DNA of 63,235 nt, the filler included, from Stramenopiles sp. TOSAG23-3 (Eukaryota), in the NCBI GenBank assembly GCA_900128585.1. It is 8 parts of 8 records of this genome, joined end to end, with 100 filler letters (N's around TTAATTAATTAA, not from the genome) between each part and the next. Parts side by side here need not be neighbours in the genome. Positions count along the whole stretch, not along the records: positions 1 to 9,923 come from LT642868.1; 7 more parts are not named here. One strand, written 5' to 3'. Shown in pieces: positions 1 through 10,023 of the stretch (within the stretch, counting starts at the first letter, position 1; the number at the start of each line of letters is the position of its first letter). A program made the position numbers and the translations under genes. Under the pieces are notes generated by a model. The model did no database searches. It was not told the origin of the DNA and saw only the letters and a list, made by a program, of their open reading frames with translations.

Positions 1-282
1 GCGTGTCTTTTTTTGATTGTTGAGATAGACGACCTACGAGCCTACTACGAGTTATTGTACACATTATTTATTATTGTACAAAGTAGATGATTGTTGTATA
101 GGAGGAGGGAACTTTGAAATGGCAATCAAGGATGACACCATTCGAATTTTACTAGGATTAAAATATTAGTAGAATCCAAGAATGATCTATCCATCTAAAA
201 AGACAACTATGTGCATTTATTTGTTCATTCATTCACGCCATTGAAATTTTTATAGTTTGAAAATTAGATTGGAGGGGAAACA

Positions 283-2690
283 ATGTTTTTTAGCGAGAAG
301 AGTCTTGTGAAAAGCAAGAAGCGAAAGAACGGCGGGCTTTCCCGGGTAAGGGCCGAGCGGGAGAAGCGAGAAGCCGCTCGTTTGAAAAGGCAGAAGGAGG
401 AGGCAGAAAAGCGTCTGAGGGAGCGGTCTTCTATCGCAATTCAGAGGGAGTACAGGGCGTACAGGAGCAATGCGGAGCTATGCCGATCGATGAAAGCGCG
501 GTTGGATGCCGTCGTGGAGGAAACGCTGAGGACAGTCCACGGGGTCGGGTTTCGCGGGTGCAGCACCGAGCAAGTGTCAAACATTTTTTCCCTTTTGTTT
601 TACTGGAGGCGACTGGCATCATCGCATTCGTCCACTGCAGACATTTCCGACGACATGCTGGAGAATTTATCGAAAATAATCGTCCACAGCAGTTTTTGTG
701 CTGACGTGGCCTCGCTGTCGGCGGCCGGGGGAGAGGCTTCCAGACGCCCCGCAATAGCGGCCCCGTCGAAGGCAAAGGAACAGTTGCGGTTTATGTTGGG
801 GCTGTGTCCACGGTACTTTTTATCCCGACAGTGGGAAAATGTGGAGATAGGCAGAACCTCACCCGTGATGGAGCTTATGACGAGCTGCACGTACGATCTA
901 CCGGTCACCACGCACCGCCTCGTCGCCCGGGACAACGCAGCGTTTTTGGTAAGCAAAGGATTGTTTCAAGGCCTTGACGGTTTGCAGCGGGCGAACGCTG
1001 GCACGCGCCTGTCCCTTTCACCGCTGCTTTCGGGGTTTGCAAAGATTGGAAGGATTGCGCTAAACGCAGAGTCGAAAGACGTGCTCGAGTCGTTTGTTGC
1101 GCACGTGGTCTCTAAAGAATATTACCCGACCCTGTTGAACGATCCCAACCTGTCTCATTTTCGAATTTCCAATTCCGACGAAGCCGGAATTTTGCAGGCC
1201 GTGCCCAGCCTGGCGCCTCGCCTGTCCCCGGAGCAAGCCACCACCCTGCTTCATTTTGTACTTGTCGAACGGGCGTTCCCATCTTTAGCGGAGGAGACGC
1301 ACCTGTTTGCAGACGTAGTCGGAGCCCTCTTTACACGGGTAAAGGTCAACCTCTTTTATGGGGAACGCCACAGCATGCCGACACTCTACCGGTCCAAGAG
1401 CAGCGACTCGTTGAACGATTCGTTCAACCAGTCCTCTGACGACGAGGACCAGCTTGGCGACGACGAAGACTGGGGCCAAGAAGTCGGGGATGACAGTAGA
1501 ATAGTGCAGCGAATATCGTCGCGGATGCGACAACTTGCAGGAAGCCCGCGCCGTTGCAGCGAGGTGGTCAAGGAAACTTTTGACCCCCTGACGATCGTCG
1601 ACTCCGTGCTCTCAAGCTTCGATGCTTTGGTGCTGCAGGGGGGGGGGACTTGACTGGGTGCATTCCTCTCGGCACATTTCTTGCGAGGTGGGGATCCCCG
1701 GACCTTCTCTTCCAGGAGGGTGGGAAAGGGAACGAATCGGCCGGGCTGAGAAAATTCAACATTCCTGAAACGGGCGCCCCCCTTCGCAATTTGGAAACGG
1801 CGTTCCCTTCGTTGGATCCATCAGTAATCGGTTTGGTATACGTCCAGTGCAACCGAGACGTTCAGAAAGCCGCCAAGGCATTGCATACAATGTCGGGCAG
1901 CAGCGACAGCGCAGAAGCGTCTGGGGAGATACCAGGAAGTAGTACTTACAGCGAAAATGCATTGGTGAACTCCGTATCCCAGTTCCTCTTGCAGCCGCCG
2001 CCGAAGGCACCAGCCTGCGTTGAGAAGGAAGCGTTGGATCTGGAATGCCCAAGGTACGCTGTCATGTGGAAGTTTTTGAAGAAGAATTACGACGTTACAA
2101 GTCTTGCTGGGAACCAGGAGATTGCTGATACGGTGAGCGGCGCGTCGGAAGCGTTCCTGGTTTTTGTAACAGGGCTCTACTTGCAGTTGAGGGGCCAGGA
2201 CGAGGAAGAATTTTTTACCCTGCAGAAACCTTTCAAACTGTTACAATTGTCAGAAATTGTCTTGTGGCTGCAGTCTTTGATGGCGCGCCTCGGAGAAAAA
2301 GAGAGGCACACCAGGTTTCAAGGAAAGCACCAGAACATTGTAGAGCTTGTGCTTCAGCTCGCTTGCTTGCGCTTGTTCACGCATTTGCACAGTCGCCACA
2401 AAACGCGGTCGTGGATACGGAACACGTCCTCTATAGACAGCGATGTTTTGGCCGCTTTGGACTTGGACCGACGACTGATGAGGGAACAGGACGAGGCCTT
2501 CACAGAGGCTCTGATGGCGGATCAGAAAAAAGGGTCGGCATCGAGCGCTGAGAACGATTTGGGGGAAGCGCAGACGGAAGAAGCTGAGGAGCGGAAAGAA
2601 GCTGTGCAGCCGGAACCTGCAAAGACCATGACACGCGAAGAAATTCGCGCTGCCAGGCTCGCAGCACTGGAGAAACGTTTGAACAAGTAG
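283..2690 (+). CDS. UBE3B/UBE3C-like N-terminus (IQ-like motif) plus CUE domain and charged C-terminal tail, no HECT domain; split by a frameshift at the G10 run 1638-1647
   Basis: ORFs 283-1653 and 1650-2690 abut at a G10 run, and G8 or G11 would fuse them. The N-terminus has RAEREKRE...SSIAIQREYRAYRS. A CUE-like motif reads LETAFPSLDPSVIGLVYVQCNRDVQKAAKAL. The C-terminus has LMREQDEAFTEALMADQKK...REEIRAARLAALEKR. Confidence 0.6.
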
Positions 2691-3273
2691 GATATATATA
2701 TAGTATATTAAAAAAAAATAATGGCTGTTATTTATTATTAAAATTACTTAAATAACAGCCAATTTTCTAGTTTTATTTATTAGTAGGTGTTTAAAATGTG
2801 TGAAAAATAAAATGTGATAGCGTATGGCTGGTGTAGACAATGGTGTGAGTATTATTATTCCGCGGTCACGTCTTCTCTAAACTTTTTTGTTTCAGCACAC
2901 AAAAAAAAAGATCCTTCCTTCTTCTATCTTTCCTCCTCCTTTCTTCTTATACTACTATTACTGGTAATATTATTACAGGTACGGTACAGGGTACCGGTAC
3001 CGGTACAACCTGGTATTATTAAATAGTCATTATTTTGGCAGCAAAAGAAGAAGCAGCAAAAACATTTAAAAAAAAAAGGGAATAAATCACATCGACAGGC
3101 ACCACGACGAAGAAGACGTGAGTGACGGAAGGCATGAATATAATTATTTGAAAAGAATTTCAGAAGTTCAGTTTGGAGTTGCGACACTGTGAACAGTAGC
3201 TTTTAATGTTAAGCGGTGGTCTTTTCCATTTCCCCTTTCCTTTTAAAGCTGTACCAGTGGCATTTGTCTGAAA

Positions 3274-4401
3274 ATGAGAAAGAGTATCTTCAGCTTTGCA
3301 GTGACCGTCTTGGTGTGCACGCTTGCTGTAGCAGACGCAAAGACGGTCTTGTATTTATTCGGTAGTGCATGACCCACATGCCAGGCGTTTGGGCGAGGTG
3401 ACTTTCAAAATTTGTACCAAAAGTATAACTCGAGCAATGACTTCGTTGTAAACCCTGCCGTGCCCGGTGGCACTTCAACACCTATTTGCACGGACGAGAC
3501 GTCATGTGATTGGGAAAAAATTACCCTTTGTGCCTTCCAGGCGGGCAGGAACGTTTTGGACGTGAAATTAAAGTACCTGGATTGCATGGACAGTTCAAAA
3601 CTCCCGCTGTTCTACGAACCTGCAATACCTGAAGCTTGTGCAAAAGACCAAGGCTTGCCGTGGGACCAAATTAGCAAATGTTTCGGTGGTCCGATGGGCG
3701 ACGCTCTGCTTAAGGAAGCCGGAAATGTAACAACTTCAGCAATGGGGCACGGGTCGTTTACGCTGCCCACCGTGTTGGTTGATGGCAAAGTTGCCTGCAC
3801 GGGCGCAAGGTGCGACTTTCAGGATGTTGCAAAGATGCTTGATGCAAAACCATCACAGTCTTACCTGCGCAAAAAGGATCAAGAGCCCCTCAGCAATGTG
3901 ACCATCTCGTACTTTTTTGCTAGTAAATGACCCTTATGCCGAAATTTTGGGAGTCAAGATTGGCCCCGAATATTTTCGGCATTTCAAAACGGTGTTACCA
4001 TAAACATTGTCCCCGGCATAAGAGTTCCCGAAGGAAAGTGCGTCGACTCTCAAAACTGTAACTACGAACGTGTGACGTTGTGCGCTTTTGATGGCCAGTC
4101 CGTCGCAATGAAAACGAAATTCTTGGATTGCATGGATGCTCCTTGGTACGACCCGTTGACCTGGGGAAAATCCCACAAGTGCGCTGATCAGTTAAGCCTC
4201 TCGTGGCCCAAGATATCTGACTGCTACAATGGAACTCGTGGCGATGTATTGGAAAAAGAAGCGAGTAAGCTTTTCGTCAAGGCGTTTCCAAAACCTGTAT
4301 ATTTTCCTCAAATAACAGTGGATGGGAAAGTAGTCGATGCAGACTACGATAGTGTCGTGAAAGCGGCATGCAACGATGGCGCATCATCAAGTGCCTGCTA
4401 A
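3274..4401 (+). CDS. Secreted or lysosomal tandem GILT-like (thioredoxin-fold) thiol reductase; predicted selenoprotein with two Sec residues (UGA at 3370-3372 and 3928-3930), 375 aa
   Basis: ATG at 3274 opens a signal peptide (MRKSIFSFAVTVLVCTLAVADA). The frame runs to TAA at 4399-4401, interrupted only by two TGAs, in GSA-U-PTC and ASK-U-PLC. Two homologous halves share the GILT-type pattern (TLCAF, LDCMD, CA..gL.W..IS.C..G..GD.L.KEA, P....DGK). A SECIS element lies downstream. Confidence 0.9.
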
Positions 4402-4451
4402 AGATTTTTTTCAACCGGCACAACAACAGTTTTCGAGCAAAGTAAACTTAG

Positions 4452-4506
4452 CTTTTGAATGACGATGGTTAGCAAAAATACATTAGTGCTAGCCTCTGAT
4501 GAAAAG
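4452..4506 (+). promoter_or_regulatory. Eukaryotic SECIS element in the 3' UTR of the GILT-like selenoprotein
   Basis: Helix I is CTTTT/AAAAG. The core is ATGAC (4459-4463) with TGAT (4497-4500). Helix II is GA(T)GGTTAGC/GCTAGCCTC. The apical AAAAA lies at 4474-4478. Spacing ATGA-N11-AA-N22-GA fits the canonical pattern. Confidence 0.88.
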
Positions 4507-4875
4507 AGAGAGACCAACGCGTGCCATGGGCGTTTGCGTGGTAAATGGTAACACCGATGCAAACGGTTTCATGGTTTTGGTACCTCTTTTTATTAGTTAA
4601 AATTTACACCTTTACAAAAATGGATCTGCTTGAGAAATAAATACTCAAAAACCACATAAATTAAATCGTGCAACACACACTGATAACAGCGCGTAATCAT
4701 ACTCTTACCAACAAATATTTTTTATTAGTGTTCTTAAAAACATTTTATTTTAATATTATAGAATATTGTGATTATATATAATTTGTTTTTTTTTATATAA
4801 TATGCATACTTATAATTTGTTTTTTGTACTTGTGTTCATGCAGGTACGGGAGCGCTTTGCTTTAACTCGCTCTTT

Positions 4876-6082
4876 TTACTTCTCCTTCTTCACAGGGATG
4901 TAGGCAATCTGATTTTTAATCCCAAAGACATCGTACACTAAATGCAACTCGATTAAAGTGGCGAGCTCCGCTGCAGTATTGCCGCTGTTAAAAACAACAG
5001 CCTTGCCGCTGCCTACAATTTCACGCACATTAAAGTCATAGCTCTGCCCAGTCAGCTTGGCATATATAATTTCGTTTGCAAGGTCGCCACTTCCCTGGAC
5101 AAGCACCAGCGGCCAGCCGAACCGTGTCGCTTGCAAAGCCTCTGTCCAAGCGGTGTGACCGTTGTTCATCATCACGCACACAACGCGGCAGTTCCCTGCC
5201 AAACGGCGAATCATGGCCATTTTGTGCTTTATGAACTCTTCCTGCCTGTCGTTCCAGCCCTTGAAGTCGGATATGACGAGCTGGTGGGTGTGGTAATTGG
5301 ACAATGGATCTTCGATGTCGTTCGGGGTAATGCCCAAGGTGCACACCTTCTTGCAGTAATCGGCATATTCTTCGCATGGGGAAGTGGCAGCAATGCCAGA
5401 TGCCAGCCCAGAATCGACAACAAGGGCGTCGTGGCACGCCGCCGCTTTCATAATCCCACGCTTGTAGTTTTCAAATTGTACTTGTTGGTCATCGTCTTCC
5501 AACGAGGCCAGGTCTCCAATCAACACAATTATTGGGGTTGGGGGAATCGACGGCGGCAGCTTCAGTCTACGCAAACAGCTCTTTTTGTGGAGCTCTTTTG
5601 AAGGGGCGAAGAGGACTCGTTGCCGGATCCGCGATTTTCCGTGGGATGCTTGCTCTAAGGTACGAGCTCGGTGCGTTGCGACGTAATCGTGGGATGCCTC
5701 GGGCTCAGGGCCTAGCGCGTTCTTCCCCTCTTCCGCTTGTTTAGTCGCCGCTTCTTCTTCTTCACGCTTGGCTTCCTCGGCATCCTGCTCGGCTTGCAGC
5801 GCATCTAGTTCGGCCTGAGCAGCTTTAGCTTCAGCTTCCAATTTCTCTTCAGCCGCTCTCTCCTCCGCCTCTTCAGCCGCTCTTTTTTCTGCCTCCTCCT
5901 CTTCCGCCTGCCGAGCAGCCTCCTCCTCTTCTGCCTTGGCCTTCGCTTCCTCTTCCGCTTTCTGCCGCGCTGCCTCTTCCTCCTCCGCTTTGGCCTTTGC
6001 TTCTGCCTTCTGCTGTGCTGCTTCCTCTTCGGCTTTGCGCTTTGCCTCCTCTGCCTCTGCCTCTGCGTCATCCTCCTCCTCT

Positions 6083-6127
<45 letters not shown>

Positions 6128-6549
6128 TCCTCCTCTTCCTCCCGTTTCTTCTCCTCTTCGCGCTTTTTCATTCGTTCCAACCTTGCCTTTTCTTGGTTTG
6201 CATGATAGACATCGAGTGGTTGCACACACTTTATCGGGAAGTGCCCAACCTTGTGCTTTGCATAGTAATCGCTGGGGTCATATTGTACAAGTTCACCTAT
6301 CCAGTAGTTCTCCATGGATGGGTCCCAAGCGGGGTAATTGTGATCCAAGATCTCGTCAATTCGCTTGTCTACCCTCGGAACGTCTTCGGTATTGTGGCCC
6401 TCCGGATCACACTCACCACAGACCAGAATCAGGTCTCCCTTCTTAATGCTAAGTTCCGTTTTCCCATGGTTTCCCTGCCAATCTTCAACACAATATACCT
6501 TGAACGGGAACTTGCAATCTTTCGGTTTGTAGTGAGACGTCCAATGCAT
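4876..6549 (-). CDS. SH3 domain, acidic/Ala-Glu-rich coiled coil, and SLOG (LSDAT/TRPM-type) domain protein
   Basis: SH3 motifs: VYCVEDWQG..TELSIKKGDLILV...YWIGE...VGHFPIKCV. SLOG-like motifs: PIIVLIG, ALVVDSG..SGI, TLGITP, NYHTHQLVI, GWPLVLVQGSGDLANEI. Confidence 0.7.
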
Positions 6550-7177
6550 CTTGTTGTGGTGATGGTTGTTACGGTCGGTGATGTACTTCTGTTCTTTTTT
6601 TTCCTTGCAGGTCGGTCGTTTACAGAAAACAATAAAACAAAACTAAATAAACTATGATCTTTAGTGCCTTTCCTTTCTTTCTTTCAATCCATCCATCCAC
6701 ATACACACACGTTCACAAATTCCTTTCATTGAATAATTCATTACGATCATGCAGATTTTACAATGTGCCTGTTTTTCATTTAATTATAAATATTTCTTCT
6801 TCTTTGCTATACAGTCTAGTTAATACCGGTATAGCTGTGTAGCGAGTATTAGGAGTAGTGCTTTAATTATTTCAGTTGTAATCACTTATATATCATATAT
6901 GAAAAGGAAGGAATTAAACCTCTTATTTATTGTATTATTCGTTATTCTATAATTGTAATACAGGTTCACAACAGTGTAATAGTACTTTTTTAATTCGGAA
7001 TAATAAATATTAGTATTTCTATTTCTATTTATAAAAAAGGAGTTTCAGATCGTCGAGCGGCGTCTTCTTCTTCTGGCTTCTGGCTGGATCTTAATAACCC
7101 TAATTTTAACATTATTTCAAAAAAAGAAAAGAAGAATCAAGAATCGGAGGAGGAGAAGGAGGAAAAGAAAGATAGAA

Positions 7178-7208
<31 letters not shown>

Positions 7209-7645
7209 AAAAAAAAAAAAGAAGACGACAATAACGGATCTTCTGTTCATTTGATGATGTGTTGGTGTAAAAAGAAGAGAAATATTAATATAATAGTAGT
7301 AGCAGCAGCAGTTTCGATATTATCTCTATTATTATTTATAATACAAAACAACAACACAACAACAACAACAACAACAACAAAAAAGAAAAAAACAAAAAGA
7401 AAAAAACAACCAACAGGAATAATATATATAGTGGTGAAGGAAATAATAAAATAATACCAGGTATTATAATAATTTAATATATATATATATATATGTTCAT
7501 TCGAAAGAAAGAAGAAGTAGATGATTATTCATCGTTAAGCAATTCCTTTAAAACGATTCATCGCAAGTAAGGTTAATTTTAAAAACGGTTATACCGCACT
7601 TCAAGGCACTCATACATAGGGAACGAACAGAACAAGCCAAGCAAG

Positions 7646-9541
7646 ATGGGGTTTCTGGGGCCACCGCCGAAACAGAAAAAGGCGGTCACGTACCGGAAGG
7701 CCGGCAAAACGTTAGATGCCGCTCGCCGGCAAAAGTTAGTCACCTTGTTGCGCACGGAGAAAAAGAAGCAAAGGGCACTGCAAGGGAAGTCACGCCCGAC
7801 GACTTCTCTTGGTTATGCAAGGGGTGACCAGAAAGCGCAGAAGAGCGGCACTTCAGTTCCACCGTTGAACATATCCCCGGCCGTTCGTAGTACAAACTCG
7901 TGGTCTCGCCCGAACTCGATCGCACGCAGCGATTCAGGCTTTAACGGAAATTCACTCAACAGCTCGAAGCGAAACCAGACACAGAATTCTGAGTGGACAG
8001 AACTGCTCAATACGGATGCCCAGGCGCATTTCAGAGAGCATTTGTACCTCAAGCGACTCAAAAAGACGAAACAGAAAGAATTCTACAAGTCGCTGTCAGA
8101 CCAAGTAGCCCTGAAGAATAATAGGAAACCAGTCATGTCCGAAGTTAACTTCAACCACCGCCTACAACTAGAGCAAGAGAACGCTAGGAAACGCCGGGCA
8201 GAGCAAGAGAAAATTAGACAGCGAAAACTCCAGGACGAGGAATTCCGGCGGGTTCAGGATTCACATTTGAAAATTAGACGGGAAAGAATCTCAAAGAAAG
8301 AGGCCTCGGATCGCAGAATTGAAAAGCAGATGGTCGACCAGGCCAAGGTAGAGTACCAGCGGCAGTCCCAACAGCACCGCTTGAAAATGAAAGAAAAAAT
8401 GGACTTTTTGGCGCAAGCAATGGAAGAGTCGCACAAGGACAAAGCATCCGCGGCCGCAGCAGCGAAAAAGCGCGAGGAGGAAGAGCAGAAAAACCGCCAG
8501 AAACACAACAAAATGATCGAGAAGGCATGGAAAGTGGGGGGAAACCATCGCCAGGCGGAAGCAGACCGAATCCGGAAGATTCAAGATCGCCTGTACAACT
8601 TGGGCAAAATCTGGATGCCAGAGAAGAAGCCCGAAACAAACGGCAACGGAGAAAATTCTGTCAGTTTTGAAGAAATCAAAAGGATGGACAAGATGGTCAA
8701 ATCGTTGGAGAGACGAAAGAAGCGCGAGGCGATTAGAGAGCAGCGGCGTTCCCTAGAGGAGCAAATAAAGCAAAAAAGGGAAAGGGAGAAGATGTTAAAG
8801 AAAGAGGAAGAGGTTTTTGCACGGGACTGCCAAAACGCAAAGTACCTGGCCGACAAGCTTACCGTGCTTCACAGGGAACGAAAAAGCCTGAATCGCGAGC
8901 GGTATGCCTCTGGCCTTAGAACGCAGCTGTTGGAAAATGAAAAATTACGCGCCGAGAAGTACGACGGTGCAAACGCACCGATGACCGCCATGGAGCGGCA
9001 AATGAATGCGTCTCTTTTGAAGACTTTGCCGTCGCGCAGCGGGATGACGAAGCTAATCACCCAGCCATCAAGATCATTGCCAAAGTCTGCAAGCAGTGGA
9101 GGCTTCTTGAATATGACTGGGCGCTCTGCAATGTTGAACCGTACTCCAGACACCAACCGTTCGGCCACCAAAATCGGGAGATTAGTGCCCGACTCCGTAG
9201 TTCCTCCCTGGCAAGTAGAACAGACAAGAACAGGGGAGCTTCCGTTTAAAGAGTTTCGAAAGAACATGGTAAACCCGCACGAAAACGTTCTGAATGGCAC
9301 GTACGTATTGCCTCATCCTAATTCAAAGACAGGGCATTGGGGCGAGAAGGGTTCCATAGTGAACAGCGCCAATAATAAATTTCTGTCAAGTTCGCGCAAT
9401 TCGACGGGAAGAAGGCCGGGAACTTCTTCCTCGTACGCTTCCAGCCAATACTCGTACAGGACGGAAGCAGGAAACGGAGCTTACAGCGTTTTGAGGGAAT
9501 CCTTTCATCCGCGGAAGAAATCGAATTGGTTCGACGATTAA
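7646..9541 (+). CDS. Long charged coiled-coil protein of unknown function, possibly ciliary or cytoskeletal
   Basis: 631-aa uninterrupted ORF with a K/E/R/Q-rich helical core and Ser-rich termini; no recognised domain. Confidence 0.7.
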   Translation: MGFLGPPPKQKKAVTYRKAGKTLDAARRQKLVTLLRTEKKKQRALQGKSRPTTSLGYARGDQKAQKSGTSVPPLNISPAVRSTNSWSRPNSIARSDSGFNGNSLNSSKRNQTQNSEWTELLNTDAQAHFREHLYLKRLKKTKQKEFYKSLSDQVALKNNRKPVMSEVNFNHRLQLEQENARKRRAEQEKIRQRKLQDEEFRRVQDSHLKIRRERISKKEASDRRIEKQMVDQAKVEYQRQSQQHRLKMKEKMDFLAQAMEESHKDKASAAAAAKKREEEEQKNRQKHNKMIEKAWKVGGNHRQAEADRIRKIQDRLYNLGKIWMPEKKPETNGNGENSVSFEEIKRMDKMVKSLERRKKREAIREQRRSLEEQIKQKREREKMLKKEEEVFARDCQNAKYLADKLTVLHRERKSLNRERYASGLRTQLLENEKLRAEKYDGANAPMTAMERQMNASLLKTLPSRSGMTKLITQPSRSLPKSASSGGFLNMTGRSAMLNRTPDTNRSATKIGRLVPDSVVPPWQVEQTRTGELPFKEFRKNMVNPHENVLNGTYVLPHPNSKTGHWGEKGSIVNSANNKFLSSSRNSTGRRPGTSSSYASSQYSYRTEAGNGAYSVLRESFHPRKKSNWFDD

Positions 9542-9923
9542 ACTCAAAAAAGTGTTAAAAAGAGGAAAAGTATTACGAAGTGTCGTATAAATAATGTATA
9601 TTTTAACAGAATTGATTGTGATTTTAGAAGTTATACTTTTATGTACGTCAGTATAATGTAAAAAACAAATTATAAAAAAAAAAAAACTAATGATATATCT
9701 TAGTATGTTTTAAGACTCTCAAGATTATCCCAAAACTGATCTAATTTTGCAACTGCTAAAATTCAGATCACTTAAAGTCGGTCGGAACCTCCTTTGTCGT
9801 TCCTACGATATCGTATCATTTGACCCAGTTCCCAATCATAACCTTCAAAACTTCGTACCATCTCGTCTGGTGGTGTTCCATAATTGACTTGATCAAGTGG
9901 TTGAGAACTATGCTGTGACTCCG

Positions 9924-10023
9924 NNNNNNNNNNNNNNNNNNNNNNNNNNNNNNNNNNNNNNNNNNNNTTAATTAATTAANNNNNNNNNNNNNNNNNNNNN
10001 NNNNNNNNNNNNNNNNNNNNNNN
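9924..10023. other. Artificial contig spacer (N44-TTAATTAATTAA-N44)
   Basis: The identical 100-bp spacer, which has stops in all six frames, occurs seven times. Confidence 0.98.

Noticed and set aside
3373-3393. Possible Sec-redefinition hairpin right after the first UGA (CCCA...TGGG)
   Set aside because: The stem is weak and can be explained by the conserved P-x-C-x-x-F-G coding pattern. The second site does not form a comparable stem.
3370-3930. UGA as a reassigned codon (Trp) or as pseudogene stops
   Set aside because: Other genes here end at TGA (for example 27605-27607 and 36086-36088) and use TGG for Trp. Both UGAs sit at the catalytic Cys position and a SECIS is present, so Sec is the better explanation.
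9924-10023. Regularly spaced TTAATTAATTAA palindromes flanked by Ns
   Set aside because: This is an artificial six-frame-stop linker used to concatenate contigs. It is not biological, and it gives no synteny across it.
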